DNA of 64,000 nucleotides from Candidatus Subterrananammoxibius californiae (GTDB lineage Bacteria > Planctomycetota > Brocadiia > Brocadiales > Subterrananammoxibiaceae), in NCBI GenBank assembly GCA_030586555.1, contig JAURAC010000001.1, positions 113,130-177,129 of the forward strand. The letters are read 5' to 3'. Every line of letters begins with the position of its first letter. The stretch's first letter is position 1. The notes below the pieces were generated by a model, which was given only the letters and a program-made list of their open reading frames with translations, was not told the origin of the DNA and made no database searches. This document shows, piece by piece, positions 21,219 through 31,544 of the stretch. A program made the position numbers and the translations under genes.

Positions 21219-21743
21219 TTGAAGAAGGCAATATTCCTTGACAGGGATGGAGTAATAAATAAGGTTTTCTTAAGTAATGGGAAGCCTTTTTCACCAAGAA
21301 GGTTTAGTGAATTCGAATTGATTCCTGAAGTAGAAAACGCCTTGAATTCTTTTAAAGAGGTGGGGTTTACGAATATAGTTATTACTAATCAACCAGATAT
21401 TGCAAGAGGTTTCTTGAAATGGGAAGAGTTAGAGAAGATGCATTCTCTTATAAGGGAAAGGTTATCCATTGGTGACATCTTTGTTTGTCCTCATAGCGAT
21501 AAAGATAATTGTCTATGCCGTAAGCCAAAACCAGGTGCGCTACTTGAGGCGGCAAAAAAGTGGAATGTTGACTTGAAAGGGTCTTTTTTTATTGGTGATA
21601 CATGGAAGGATACAGTAGCTGGCAAACGGGCTGGATGTAAAACAATTCTAATAAATATGCCATACAATCAAGGTGTTGAAAGTGATTATAGGATAGAAGA
21701 TTTGAATAAGGCAGTGGAAATAATTATGGATAGTAAACAATGA
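21219..21743 (+). CDS. gmhB: Heptose-bisphosphate phosphatase (HAD IIIA)
   Basis: FLDRDGV, TNQ, CPH....C.CRKP.PG, IGD...D. Confidence 0.88.
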   Translation: MKKAIFLDRDGVINKVFLSNGKPFSPRRFSEFELIPEVENALNSFKEVGFTNIVITNQPDIARGFLKWEELEKMHSLIRERLSIGDIFVCPHSDKDNCLCRKPKPGALLEAAKKWNVDLKGSFFIGDTWKDTVAGKRAGCKTILINMPYNQGVESDYRIEDLNKAVEIIMDSKQ

Positions 21744-21788
21744 GATAGAGAGATTTATGAACTTACAGATTATAGAGGAAGTGAAGGC

Positions 21789-22418
21789 ATGTTTTATATA
21801 AAGAACTATTTAGATGAAGCACATCAAATTGTTAAGAAACTTGATGTAAACGTGATTGAAAAGATGGTTAATCAATTAGTGGAATTAAGAAAAAACAACG
21901 GGCGGTTATTCTTCCTTGGGGTTGGTGGTGGCGCTGGGAATGCTTCTCATGCAGTAAATGATTTCAGAAAGATTGCAGGGATTGAGTCGTACACCCCTAT
22001 AGACAATGTTTCTGAACTGAGCGCCAGGGTTAACGATGATGGGTGGGATACGGTTTTTGTCAATTGGTTAAAGGGAAGCAAGCTTCGTGATGCAGATGGT
22101 GTGTTTGTTTTTTCCGTTGGCGGGGGCAATGCTGGGGAAAATATAAGTGTGAATATTGTTAACGCCTTGAAATATGCCAGAGAGGTTGGTGCAAAAGTTT
22201 TTGGGGTTGTTGGTAGAGATGGGGGTTACACAGGCAAAGTTGCAGATGCTTGCGTAATAGTGCCTACTGTAAATGCAGAAACGATAACTCCACACACAGA
22301 GTCATTTCAGGCTGTTATATGGCATCTTATCGTTTCTCATCCGAGGATGAAAGTCTCGGAGATGAAATGGGAATCTGTTAAACAAAAGGAAGGGGAAGAA
22401 AATGTCTATTTTTCTTGA
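21789..22418 (+). CDS. gmhA: SIS-domain phosphosugar isomerase (GmhA-like, divergent subfamily)
   Basis: GVGGGAGNASHAVND, NDDGW..VF, SVGGG, GRDGG, E..Q...H. Confidence 0.75.
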   Translation: MFYIKNYLDEAHQIVKKLDVNVIEKMVNQLVELRKNNGRLFFLGVGGGAGNASHAVNDFRKIAGIESYTPIDNVSELSARVNDDGWDTVFVNWLKGSKLRDADGVFVFSVGGGNAGENISVNIVNALKYAREVGAKVFGVVGRDGGYTGKVADACVIVPTVNAETITPHTESFQAVIWHLIVSHPRMKVSEMKWESVKQKEGEENVYFS

Positions 22419-23082
22419 TACAGGGAAGATAGCAGAAGTTGAGAAGTATATGAGGATGGGAGTTATAAGCGGTGTTACAACTAACCCAACTATTTTACTA
22501 AAAGACGGTGTGCAGGGAGGCTTAGAAGGTATAAAAAGACGGTCTATCGAAATTGCTAAATTAATTCACCCCTATCCATTATCTGTAGAGGTTACAACAA
22601 ATGATAAAGAAAAGATGATAGAACAGGCAAAGGTGTTTTCTCGGTGGGCAGAGAACGTCATTGTTAAAATAACTATTCACGGTCCTAACGGTGAACTGGA
22701 AAACATGGAGGTTATTCATGCACTTGAAACAAAGCACAATATTCGTATAAACGTAACCGCAATGATGAGCGCTCAACAATGCTTTTTAGCTGCGCTTGCA
22801 GGAGCCACTTATCTATCCATTTTTGGGGGTAGGGTTAATAACATGGGGTATAACGCATGTGATGAAATAAAGAAACTGAGGAAGGTGTTAGATGACTTTG
22901 GTCTGAAGGGAAGGATTATTGTTGGGTCAACCAGAGAAATCCTTAATGTGATTGAATGGCTTGTTGCGGGCGCTCACATAGTTACAGTAATACCAGGCTT
23001 GCTGGAAGGCATGATTGTCCATCCATACAGCAAAGAAACCATTCAGATGTTTTTAAACGATGCAGCAAAGGTTAAGTCTTGA
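22402..23082 (+). CDS. Short-type transaldolase
   Basis: IFLDT, GVTTNPT, SVEV, catalytic Lys in NVIVKI, INVT, SIFGGR. Confidence 0.88.
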   Translation: MSIFLDTGKIAEVEKYMRMGVISGVTTNPTILLKDGVQGGLEGIKRRSIEIAKLIHPYPLSVEVTTNDKEKMIEQAKVFSRWAENVIVKITIHGPNGELENMEVIHALETKHNIRINVTAMMSAQQCFLAALAGATYLSIFGGRVNNMGYNACDEIKKLRKVLDDFGLKGRIIVGSTREILNVIEWLVAGAHIVTVIPGLLEGMIVHPYSKETIQMFLNDAAKVKS

Positions 23083-23127
23083 CCTTATTTTAAACCATAC
23101 TATTTTTGGGAAAGGGGATATACTACG

Positions 23128-24345
23128 GTGAGAACGAAAAGGTGTTACAAGGTAGCTTTTATTGTATCGTATCCAACGCCCAATATCCCTACATTTTACC
23201 AGAATATTGCATTACATCCCCGAATTGAAATAACCGTGTATTACTATTCAAAAGCAGTTTTAGAGCGATGTGCGGATTATGGCATAAGAAATGAAGATTG
23301 GGGCGTTTCTCTGTTAGGCAAATTTAACTATAAGTTTTTGAAAAACTTTTCAATATGGCGGGGTAGGAATAACCCTTTTAAATTTATTAACCCTCAAATT
23401 TTTATAGAGATAAAAAAAAATTGCTTTGATGCTATAGTTCTGGGGTGTTGGGATAATGTAACATCCTGGTTGGCTATACTGGCAGCAAAGGTTTTTGGGA
23501 CTCATATAATAGTGATGAGTGACTCGAATTACATTGCCGAACAGGGAAAACCTAAATATAAACTTTTAATAAAAGGATTACTCCTCGGAAAATGTTTATT
23601 TCCTATAGCCACTGCGTGTCTTTATCCTGGCACTGTTGTTGAAGAGTTTTATAAACTTTACGGCGTAGGAGAAGATAAATTATTTCATTTTCCTTATTCC
23701 ATAGATACAGACCAGTTTCTTGCACTTTATCAAGATTTAAAAGACAAAAAGATTCTTTTACGGTCTGAGATGGGTACTCCTGAAGATGCATTTGTAATAC
23801 TTTTTGTTGGAAGATTGCATGACGATGATATGCCTATGGATTTGCTAAAGGCTTTTGAGCAGGTCAAGTTTGAAAAGAAGACCTTGATATTCGTTGGCGA
23901 TGGACCGCTAAAGAAAGATTTGCAAGATTATACCTGCCAGCACAACCTTGAGCATGTTTATTCTCAGGGCTTTCAAAATCGGGAGAAAATTCTACGATTC
24001 TACGCCTCCGCAGACCTTTTTGTCCATCCAGCGTCCATTGAGCCTTGGGGCGTCACTGTTCATGAAGCGATGTGCTTTGGGTTACCTGTAATCGCTACTG
24101 ATAAGGTGGGGTCTGCGGTTGATTTTGTAAAACATAACCAGAATGGTTTCGTATATCCATGTGGTGATATCAAAGGGCTTGCTTCTTACATAGAGGAATT
24201 AGCAGTAGATAAGGAAAAAAGGGAAAATTTTGGTAAGACGTCCCTTGAGATTGTCAAAAATTGGGGTCGTAAGAAAGCAAGTGATAGTTTAATTGAAGCG
24301 CTGGATTTTATTTACAGGGATTATCCTGAAAGGGACGGGGATTAA
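23128..24345 (+). CDS. GT4 glycosyltransferase
   Basis: LFVGRL, VGDG, EPWG....EAM..GLPV. Confidence 0.9.
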   Translation: MRTKRCYKVAFIVSYPTPNIPTFYQNIALHPRIEITVYYYSKAVLERCADYGIRNEDWGVSLLGKFNYKFLKNFSIWRGRNNPFKFINPQIFIEIKKNCFDAIVLGCWDNVTSWLAILAAKVFGTHIIVMSDSNYIAEQGKPKYKLLIKGLLLGKCLFPIATACLYPGTVVEEFYKLYGVGEDKLFHFPYSIDTDQFLALYQDLKDKKILLRSEMGTPEDAFVILFVGRLHDDDMPMDLLKAFEQVKFEKKTLIFVGDGPLKKDLQDYTCQHNLEHVYSQGFQNREKILRFYASADLFVHPASIEPWGVTVHEAMCFGLPVIATDKVGSAVDFVKHNQNGFVYPCGDIKGLASYIEELAVDKEKRENFGKTSLEIVKNWGRKKASDSLIEALDFIYRDYPERDGD

Positions 24346-24354
24346 AAATTTAGT

Positions 24355-25788
24355 ATGATTTCCGGGGTAAAAAATTACAGGCATTCTTTAATTGGAGTTT
24401 CAGTTGCTATTTGGATAACCATAGCAGCAGGAGTATTTCTTATCTTTATCTCCTCAAGCAAGCAGCTCGGGCTTGTCTCAGGAATGGTATTTATCCTGGT
24501 AGGACTATATCCATTTGTAAGGGCATGTATGAGAAGGGAGTTCGATGCCTTTGAGATAATTAATATGTTTGTATTATATATGATAGTACATATAGGTATT
24601 CAGGGACTCATCGGGATAAAGTATGACAGCAAATTCTTGTTTTACGACCCTGACTCAGACCACTTAGACATCTTAAAACTCAAGACTTTTTCCTATAGTA
24701 CATTAGCTTTGCTATTTTTATATCTCGGATATTATTCCAGGTTTGGTAATCGCTGGTTAAAAGTATTGCCATGGCTAAATTTTGATTGGGGAAAGGGCAA
24801 GGTGGTAATTTGTTTTTTTATTTATTTTGTAATCAGCCAGATGGCAATAGCTATTTTTACAACGAAATTTGGCAGTTTGGGGGAAGCGAAATTTGGGACT
24901 AACCCTGCTAAGATTATAGATAATGTCATTCAGAGCGGCACCACCGAACACATCCGCGTCTTTTTTCACTTTTTTTGGACTATATTTTATGTCTCATGCA
25001 TATATAAATTTGTTAAAAAGAAGAGCATTTGGGGGCATATTACTGTCATATTTTGCTTCTCAGAGGCATTTATCATGTTTTTACTTTTTGGTGGGAAGTC
25101 ACCAGTTCTATTTGCAATCGGAACATATATAATTGCTCGACATTATTTAAAAAAACCAATTAGTTTAAAAATGTATGTTCTCTTATTTATTGGGATATTT
25201 TTTCTATACCCCTTTCTTATCTTTATTCAAATCAATGGTATATACAGTAACTGGAGCGATCTCGTGAATTACTACAATTCAGCCCTTAAGAATCCTACAG
25301 AACTCTTGCTTCCTTTCTTAGGTAGAGAGGCAGGATTCACTCCATTTGCACTATTTATAGACTCAATTGATTCTGGAAGGAGTCTCGAACTCGGCAGACC
25401 AATGACCTTTCTCTTTTACTTCTTTATTCCTCGTGTATTGTGGGAAGGAAAACCCCTACCCTTCTCGCTCACATTCGATGAAGAATATGCAGGCAGGTCT
25501 GTTGCTGGTGCCAATGCACCATCTCTTCCTGGTGAGCTATATGTGAATTTCCACCTGGTAGGCGTGGTGTTGGGATTTTTGCTCTTGGGGATTTTAATGA
25601 AGTTATGTTACCAATGTCTCATAAAGCGCAACCATAATAAATCAAGTTTACTTATTTACCTGCCCATGGTGCTTTTTACTCCAAACATACTTGAAGCGGG
25701 AACGATGGTAATTACACTTTATTTGGTAGCATTGCTTCCCATAATGTTTTTTTTATGGTTTGTCAAATCCAAAGGTCAGGGAATCTGA
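24355..25788 (+). CDS. wzy: Probable Wzy polymerase
   Basis: Multiple TM segments, FIPRVLWEGKP, PSLPGELYVNF. Confidence 0.75.
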   Translation: MISGVKNYRHSLIGVSVAIWITIAAGVFLIFISSSKQLGLVSGMVFILVGLYPFVRACMRREFDAFEIINMFVLYMIVHIGIQGLIGIKYDSKFLFYDPDSDHLDILKLKTFSYSTLALLFLYLGYYSRFGNRWLKVLPWLNFDWGKGKVVICFFIYFVISQMAIAIFTTKFGSLGEAKFGTNPAKIIDNVIQSGTTEHIRVFFHFFWTIFYVSCIYKFVKKKSIWGHITVIFCFSEAFIMFLLFGGKSPVLFAIGTYIIARHYLKKPISLKMYVLLFIGIFFLYPFLIFIQINGIYSNWSDLVNYYNSALKNPTELLLPFLGREAGFTPFALFIDSIDSGRSLELGRPMTFLFYFFIPRVLWEGKPLPFSLTFDEEYAGRSVAGANAPSLPGELYVNFHLVGVVLGFLLLGILMKLCYQCLIKRNHNKSSLLIYLPMVLFTPNILEAGTMVITLYLVALLPIMFFLWFVKSKGQGI

Positions 25789-25823
25789 TTTAGAGGCTAT
25801 CTTAAATAAGATTATGAGTTTAG

Positions 25824-26552
25824 ATGAAGGACAAGAATTACGGTAAAGAATATTTCGCTCACGACCTCGATAAAAGCTGGTATTCCAGAGTGCCAAAAGG
25901 GAAAAGAATTCGGCATGGGGCTTGGTTGAAAAGGTATCTAAAGGGTGCCATTGAGAGCCGTGGAAGAATTTTAGAAGTAGGTTGTGGGCTTGGATTTCTT
26001 GCAAAGTATTTAGAGGCAGAAGATAACTTTAAGATAATTGGTTTGGATATTTCAAAATATGCTATTCAGATGGCAAAAAGCCGCACATCAGGGGCTTGTT
26101 TCCTTGTGGCTTCTGCCGAAAAGTTACCTTTTAAACCCGGAGCGTTTCATAGCGTAATAGCGCTTGATGTAATTGAACATTTGGTACGTCCTGAGGATTT
26201 TGTCAATAGCACTTTCAATGTTCTAAAGAGCGGTGGGATGCTAATCTTAAAAACCCCTAATTTAGAGTCGTACGGCGCCAGGAAAAAAGGAGATTCCTCC
26301 TTTATATGGGGGGATAAAACCCATATTAGTGTAAAGAGGATTAGTGAGTGGAGAGAAATATTGAAGAAAGGAGGGTTCACAATAATTAAAGATGGAACCG
26401 ACACCCTCTGGGATGTGCCATATTGGAAATTTATCCCCTCCTTTTTGCAGAAATTTTCGCTTATTCCTTTAACCATTGTTCTTGCCTTCTTGTTTGGTTT
26501 CTTTTCCTGGCATTATGGCGAGAATTACTTTTGCGTCTCACAGAAAAAATAA
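25824..26552 (+). CDS. Class I SAM-dependent methyltransferase
   Basis: LEVGCGLG, DVIEHL, LKSGG...TPN. Confidence 0.9.
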   Translation: MKDKNYGKEYFAHDLDKSWYSRVPKGKRIRHGAWLKRYLKGAIESRGRILEVGCGLGFLAKYLEAEDNFKIIGLDISKYAIQMAKSRTSGACFLVASAEKLPFKPGAFHSVIALDVIEHLVRPEDFVNSTFNVLKSGGMLILKTPNLESYGARKKGDSSFIWGDKTHISVKRISEWREILKKGGFTIIKDGTDTLWDVPYWKFIPSFLQKFSLIPLTIVLAFLFGFFSWHYGENYFCVSQKK

Positions 26553-26671
26553 TATATACCCTTGGGCAATCGCACGTTAATAGAATATGATTAGCACCGG
26601 GCGGATTTTAAATTCGGAATTTCGCAAATGGAACAAAATACATAAAGAAATATATTAGCATAGAGGATACC

Positions 26672-27883
26672 ATGGGCATGACCACTGCTCAAAGAAAACT
26701 CCTTTTGAGAAGGGTAAAATCAGGTTGTTTTTATTTAATATCTGGTGTGTTGAGCATGTTGAATAATGTAAAGAGCCGCTGCTTGGCTGGACCAAATAAA
26801 ACATATAGCAGAATTCTTTTGATAAGTCCTGCTCATATAGGAGATTTCATCTGGACTTCATCTATTATAAGGGCATTATCTATGGTATATCCCTACATAG
26901 AATTTGATGTTGTTGTAAACCATGATAGCAGGGAAATTGCTTCCCTCATACCTAATGTAAGAAATGTATTAGCTTTTAATTATAATAGAGGAAGGGGCGC
27001 TGGTCTATCAACTGGAAGGTCAGATTGGTCTAATATAAAAAAAGTTTTAAAAGAGATAATGAGGAGTGAATACGACGGTTTAATAGTTTTTCTCCCGGAT
27101 ATGATACTAAACCTGTTAGTACAATTTTTTTCCCTTTTCAGGAAAAGGCCAATAAAGGTTTGTGATATATCCTGGTTAAATTTAGGTAACGTATTAAATA
27201 GACTTGCTGGAACTAAAGAAGTAAAACACGAACTTGATATTTTTAAGCAGGTTGTATCTCATTTAGTTAAAAATGGTAAAATTCCAGAGCCTATCCCTTT
27301 TATTGAAATACCCGAAGCTAACAAATCTCAGTCTAAACCACATTTAAATGATAAGCTCCTAACTGGTTTTTGTGTTGGCGCTGGATGGAAATACAAGAAA
27401 TGGAACAGGACACACTTCTTGAAGGTTGCGAATTTAATCTTACAAGAATACAAGAATGCTCTAATCATGGTATATGGCGTTGACAGTGAAGATGCAGAGA
27501 CTGCAAATTTTATTAAACAAAATTGTACATGCCCAGAAAAGGTGGAGACATTCATAAATAGAGAAATGCTGGATTTTCTAAAAAGTCTACAACAGTGTAA
27601 TCTGGTAATTTCAAACGATTCTGGTCCGGCGCATATTGCCAGCGCACTTGGTGTTCCACTAATAGTCATCTTTGGTCCGGTGGACCCTGCCAGAGCTACA
27701 CCACGAGGAACCTCTACAGTTAAGGTTCATTGGAACAGAGTAGAATGCAGTCCCTGTAGTCAAACCGTTTGCTTTAATTCAGTAAAACGAAAATGTATGG
27801 ACAGTGTTCTTCCTGTAGAGGTATTTAGAGGGGTTAAAGAAGCAATTCAGAGTTTTTATATTAAACAACCTTTAGGATTGTAG
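26672..27883 (+). CDS. GT9 glycosyltransferase (heptosyltransferase family)
   Basis: HIGD, GAGW.YK.W, SNDSGPAHIA.ALG.P..IFGP, CSPC. Confidence 0.9.
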   Translation: MGMTTAQRKLLLRRVKSGCFYLISGVLSMLNNVKSRCLAGPNKTYSRILLISPAHIGDFIWTSSIIRALSMVYPYIEFDVVVNHDSREIASLIPNVRNVLAFNYNRGRGAGLSTGRSDWSNIKKVLKEIMRSEYDGLIVFLPDMILNLLVQFFSLFRKRPIKVCDISWLNLGNVLNRLAGTKEVKHELDIFKQVVSHLVKNGKIPEPIPFIEIPEANKSQSKPHLNDKLLTGFCVGAGWKYKKWNRTHFLKVANLILQEYKNALIMVYGVDSEDAETANFIKQNCTCPEKVETFINREMLDFLKSLQQCNLVISNDSGPAHIASALGVPLIVIFGPVDPARATPRGTSTVKVHWNRVECSPCSQTVCFNSVKRKCMDSVLPVEVFRGVKEAIQSFYIKQPLGL

Positions 27884-29145
27884 TGCGTGTCTGGTTAATT
27901 ACAGTTGGAGAGCCGTTGCCAACAGATGGTGAAAACGAGCGGCTTCTTCGCATAGGTATGTTGGCAAACTTTTTAGTAGCAAAAAGGCATGAAGTCGTTT
28001 GGTGGACATCCACCTTTGACCATGCAAGAAAGAAACACCGGTTTAACACAGACACTTTAACTACAGTGAACGACCATTACAAGATTAATTTGTTGCATTC
28101 GATAGCGTATTATAAGAATGTTTCGTTTAGGCGCATTATCAACCATTACGGTGTTGCGCATAAATTTTCAAGGCTGTCAGGCTTAGAGCAAGAGCCCGAT
28201 GTTATATTGTGCTCTCTGCCTACTTTAGAGCTGTGCTCAGCCGCAACGGCATATGGAAAGCAAAGAGAAGTCCCCGTTGTTCTCGACGTACGTGATTTGT
28301 GGCCTGATTTATTTGTAGAGTTGGCGCCTGTGTGGGCGCAGTGGTTTGTAAAGCTCCTATTATTTCCTATGTTTAGGACAGTGCGCGCTGTATGTTCAGG
28401 CGCTACTGCTATTGTTGGAAACAACCCTGCTTTTGTTGATTGGGGTGTAAACTACGCAAAACGAGTTCGTACAAATTTAGACAGAGACTTTCCTATGGGT
28501 TACAGCCTGGTCGTGCCTGATCAAGAAGCAATCTTAGAAGCAGAAAGGTTCTGGTTGAAACATGGGGTAAACAAAAACAATAAAGAGTTTATTGCCTGTT
28601 ATTTTGGGGTGTTCAGTCGTCAGCGTGAATTAGAGACCGTTGTCGAAGCCGCACAGAAATTACAAAAACAAAACAGGCCAATTCGTTTCGTATTATGTGG
28701 TAATGGCGATAATTTAGATTATTACAAGAATATGGCAAAGGACTGTGAAAACGTTATTTTCCCTGGGTGGGTAGGAAGAGATGACATCTGGACGCTGATG
28801 AGAATGTCCTCTGTGGGTTTAGCGCCATATCCAAGCAATAAAAACTATATTACAAATCTTACCAATAAACCCATTGAGTATCTTTCCGCCGGGTTGCCGA
28901 TTGTCTCGAGCTTGAAAGGTGTTTTAAAGGATTTGTTGTCGGCGTGCAATTGTGGGGTGACTTATGAGAATGGTAATTCTGATGAGTTGGCATCTATTTT
29001 AATCAGTTTATATGATAACCCTGATCGACTTAAAGTTATGTCTAAGAACGCATCTGCACTATATGAAGAAAAATTTGTTGCAGAGAAAGTATATAGCGAA
29101 ATGATTAGTTATCTGGAAGAAGTTTGCGCGAATTATAGAAAATAG
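27883..29145 (+). CDS. GT4 glycosyltransferase (WbuB-like)
   Basis: DVRDLWP, NKPIEYLSAGLPI. Confidence 0.85.
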   Translation: MRVWLITVGEPLPTDGENERLLRIGMLANFLVAKRHEVVWWTSTFDHARKKHRFNTDTLTTVNDHYKINLLHSIAYYKNVSFRRIINHYGVAHKFSRLSGLEQEPDVILCSLPTLELCSAATAYGKQREVPVVLDVRDLWPDLFVELAPVWAQWFVKLLLFPMFRTVRAVCSGATAIVGNNPAFVDWGVNYAKRVRTNLDRDFPMGYSLVVPDQEAILEAERFWLKHGVNKNNKEFIACYFGVFSRQRELETVVEAAQKLQKQNRPIRFVLCGNGDNLDYYKNMAKDCENVIFPGWVGRDDIWTLMRMSSVGLAPYPSNKNYITNLTNKPIEYLSAGLPIVSSLKGVLKDLLSACNCGVTYENGNSDELASILISLYDNPDRLKVMSKNASALYEEKFVAEKVYSEMISYLEEVCANYRK

Positions 29146-29155
29146 AGAAGGGCAA

Positions 29156-29935
29156 ATGTCAGTAGATTATTTAGCAGTAACTGAACTATCAGGGGATAAA
29201 GTTGCTCAAGAGCAGGTGGACAGGCTCTATAACCGCTATTATTGGGCTGGCAGATATTGCGTCGGCAAGGATGTCTTAGAGGTTGCATGTGGTACCGGGC
29301 AGGGCTTAGGGCATTTATTAGAACGGGCTAAAAGTGTTAATGCAGGCGATTATTCAACCGACATCTTGAAAATTGCTCAAGCACACTATGGCGATAGAAT
29401 TGCGTTGAAGCAATTTGACGCTCAAGACATACCTTATCCCGATAAGTCAATGGACGTTGTTATCCTTTTTGAAGCGATTTATTATATCCACTCGGCAGAG
29501 AAGTTTGTAAGCGAGTGTCGGCGTATTTTGAGAAATGGCGGCAAGGTCTTGATTGCAACCGCTAACAAAGATTTGTACGATTTTAACCCCAGCCCACACA
29601 GCTACAAATATTACGGTGTTGTTGAGCTGCACGATTTGTTTAAGAAGCATGGGTTTTCCGTAGAGTGTTTCGGTAATACGCCTGTTGACGTATTGTCGTT
29701 ACGGCAGAGGGTGCTTCGCCCGCTAAAGAAACTCGCCGTGAAGTCCGGGTTGGTACCAAAAACGGCTGACGGGAAGAAATTCTTTAAGAGACTGGTTTTT
29801 GGCCGCCTTGTTAAAATGCCTGACGAAATAGAAGACGGTATGATGCCATATATGGAACCAACCAAATTATCTTCCATTCAGGCAGACAGGAAACACAAGG
29901 TGATATATTGTGTTGCTACTTTGCAGAAGGATTAA
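29156..29935 (+). CDS. Class I SAM-dependent methyltransferase
   Basis: VLEVACGTG, FEAIYY, RILRNGG. Confidence 0.88.
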   Translation: MSVDYLAVTELSGDKVAQEQVDRLYNRYYWAGRYCVGKDVLEVACGTGQGLGHLLERAKSVNAGDYSTDILKIAQAHYGDRIALKQFDAQDIPYPDKSMDVVILFEAIYYIHSAEKFVSECRRILRNGGKVLIATANKDLYDFNPSPHSYKYYGVVELHDLFKKHGFSVECFGNTPVDVLSLRQRVLRPLKKLAVKSGLVPKTADGKKFFKRLVFGRLVKMPDEIEDGMMPYMEPTKLSSIQADRKHKVIYCVATLQKD

Positions 29936-29944
29936 ACTGAGGGA

Positions 29945-30577
29945 TTGAACATGCTAAAGCGTCTATTCGATATTGCTTTTTCTCTGTTTGGGTTGATTCT
30001 GTTTTCTCCGTTTTTATTGGGATTGGTTCTTATGATAAAGAGGGAAGATAGCGGGCCTGTTTTTTATCGTGGAGTAAGGGTAGGCAGGGATGGCAAGTTA
30101 TTTAAAATTTTCAAATTTCGGACAATGGTGGTGAATGCAGAGAAGATTGGTGGCCCATCCACTGCGGATGATGACCCGAGGATTACAAAGATTGGGAAGT
30201 TCATTAGAAAACACAAACTTGATGAGTTGCCACAATTAATAAATGTTCTTAAAGGCGATATGAGTCTTGTCGGACCAAGACCAGAGGTTCAACATTATGT
30301 TAATATGTTTACTGAGGAAGAAAAGACTATCCTAAATGCACGCCCGGGAATTACCGACTGGGCATCCCTTTGGGATTCTGATGAAGGGGCAATTCTTGCT
30401 GGATGTTCTGACCCTGAGAAGGTTTACATGGAAAAAATAAGACCGGAAAAGATAAGGCTTCAATTGAAATATGTTAGAGGATATTCTTTTTGGGTGGATT
30501 TGGGGATAATTTTCCAAACATTGTTTAAAATTATTTGGCAGCCATTAGCCCATGAAAGTGATAGTAAATTATCCTGA
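29945..30577 (+). CDS. Initiating polyprenol-phosphate phosphoglycosyltransferase (small PglC-like)
   Basis: KRLFD, KFRTM, DDPRIT, LDELPQL.NVLKGDMSLVGPRP. Confidence 0.92.
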   Translation: MNMLKRLFDIAFSLFGLILFSPFLLGLVLMIKREDSGPVFYRGVRVGRDGKLFKIFKFRTMVVNAEKIGGPSTADDDPRITKIGKFIRKHKLDELPQLINVLKGDMSLVGPRPEVQHYVNMFTEEEKTILNARPGITDWASLWDSDEGAILAGCSDPEKVYMEKIRPEKIRLQLKYVRGYSFWVDLGIIFQTLFKIIWQPLAHESDSKLS

Positions 30578-31544
30578 GGAATTTTTAGAAAAACTTTACA
30601 CTACGATGTTAAGAATACGGCTTTGTGAGGAAAGCCTCGTTGAGCCAATTCTTAATGGGAAGATTCACTGCCCTGTGCATCTATGTACCGGGCAAGAGGC
30701 AATTGCTACTGGCGTGTGTGCTGCGATAAAGGAGGATGATTATGTCTTTGGTACCCATCGTTCTCACGGTCACTATCTTGCCAAGGGTGGTGACATGAGG
30801 GAACTCATCGCTGAAATTTATGGTAAAGAAACAGGCTGTTCTCGAGGAAGAGGCGGGTCCATGCATATCTGCGCTCCAGAGAAGGGTATGATGGGTTCGG
30901 CACCTATTGTAGCCGGCACGATTTCTTTAGCTGTAGGTGCAGCTATGGCTACAAAGATTAGAAAGGGAAATCGAGTTACCGTTTGTTTCTTTGGAGACGG
31001 CGCTACTGGAGAAGGAGTCTTTTATGAGTCGTTGAATTTTGCGGCTCTAAAAAAATTGCCGATTGTTTTTGCATGTGAAAACAATTTTTATTCAACCCAT
31101 TTGCCTATTAGAGAATGTCGCCCTGAAAATAATATTTTTGAAATAGGAAAGCCCTTTTGTATACCGAGCTTCAGGGTAGATGGTAACAATGTTTTGGAAG
31201 TATATGAGATTGCCAGAAACGCAGTAGAACTATGCCGTGATGATAATGGACCAGTATTTATAGAATTTATGACTTACCGTTTGCGTGGTCATGTAGGTCC
31301 GAACGATAATATCCAGGGTGACCATACCGATATTAGACCAAAAGACGAGGTGGAAAGTTGGTTTAAAAAGGAACCAATTATAAGATTTGAGCAATTCCTT
31401 GTTGATAACCGGATTTTTAAGAAAGAAGGTTTAGAGAAAATTAAAGAAGAATTGGCAAAGGAAGTAAATGATGCTCATACCTTTGCCAGGGAAAGTTCCT
31501 ATCCTGAAAAAGGTGAACTTATAAGGTATGTTTACAAAGAATAG
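30552..31544 (+). CDS. ThDP-dependent dehydrogenase E1 alpha-like subunit
   Basis: GQEA, THRSHGH, GRGGSMH, GDGA...N, TYRLRGH. Confidence 0.9.
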   Translation: MKVIVNYPEEFLEKLYTTMLRIRLCEESLVEPILNGKIHCPVHLCTGQEAIATGVCAAIKEDDYVFGTHRSHGHYLAKGGDMRELIAEIYGKETGCSRGRGGSMHICAPEKGMMGSAPIVAGTISLAVGAAMATKIRKGNRVTVCFFGDGATGEGVFYESLNFAALKKLPIVFACENNFYSTHLPIRECRPENNIFEIGKPFCIPSFRVDGNNVLEVYEIARNAVELCRDDNGPVFIEFMTYRLRGHVGPNDNIQGDHTDIRPKDEVESWFKKEPIIRFEQFLVDNRIFKKEGLEKIKEELAKEVNDAHTFARESSYPEKGELIRYVYKE

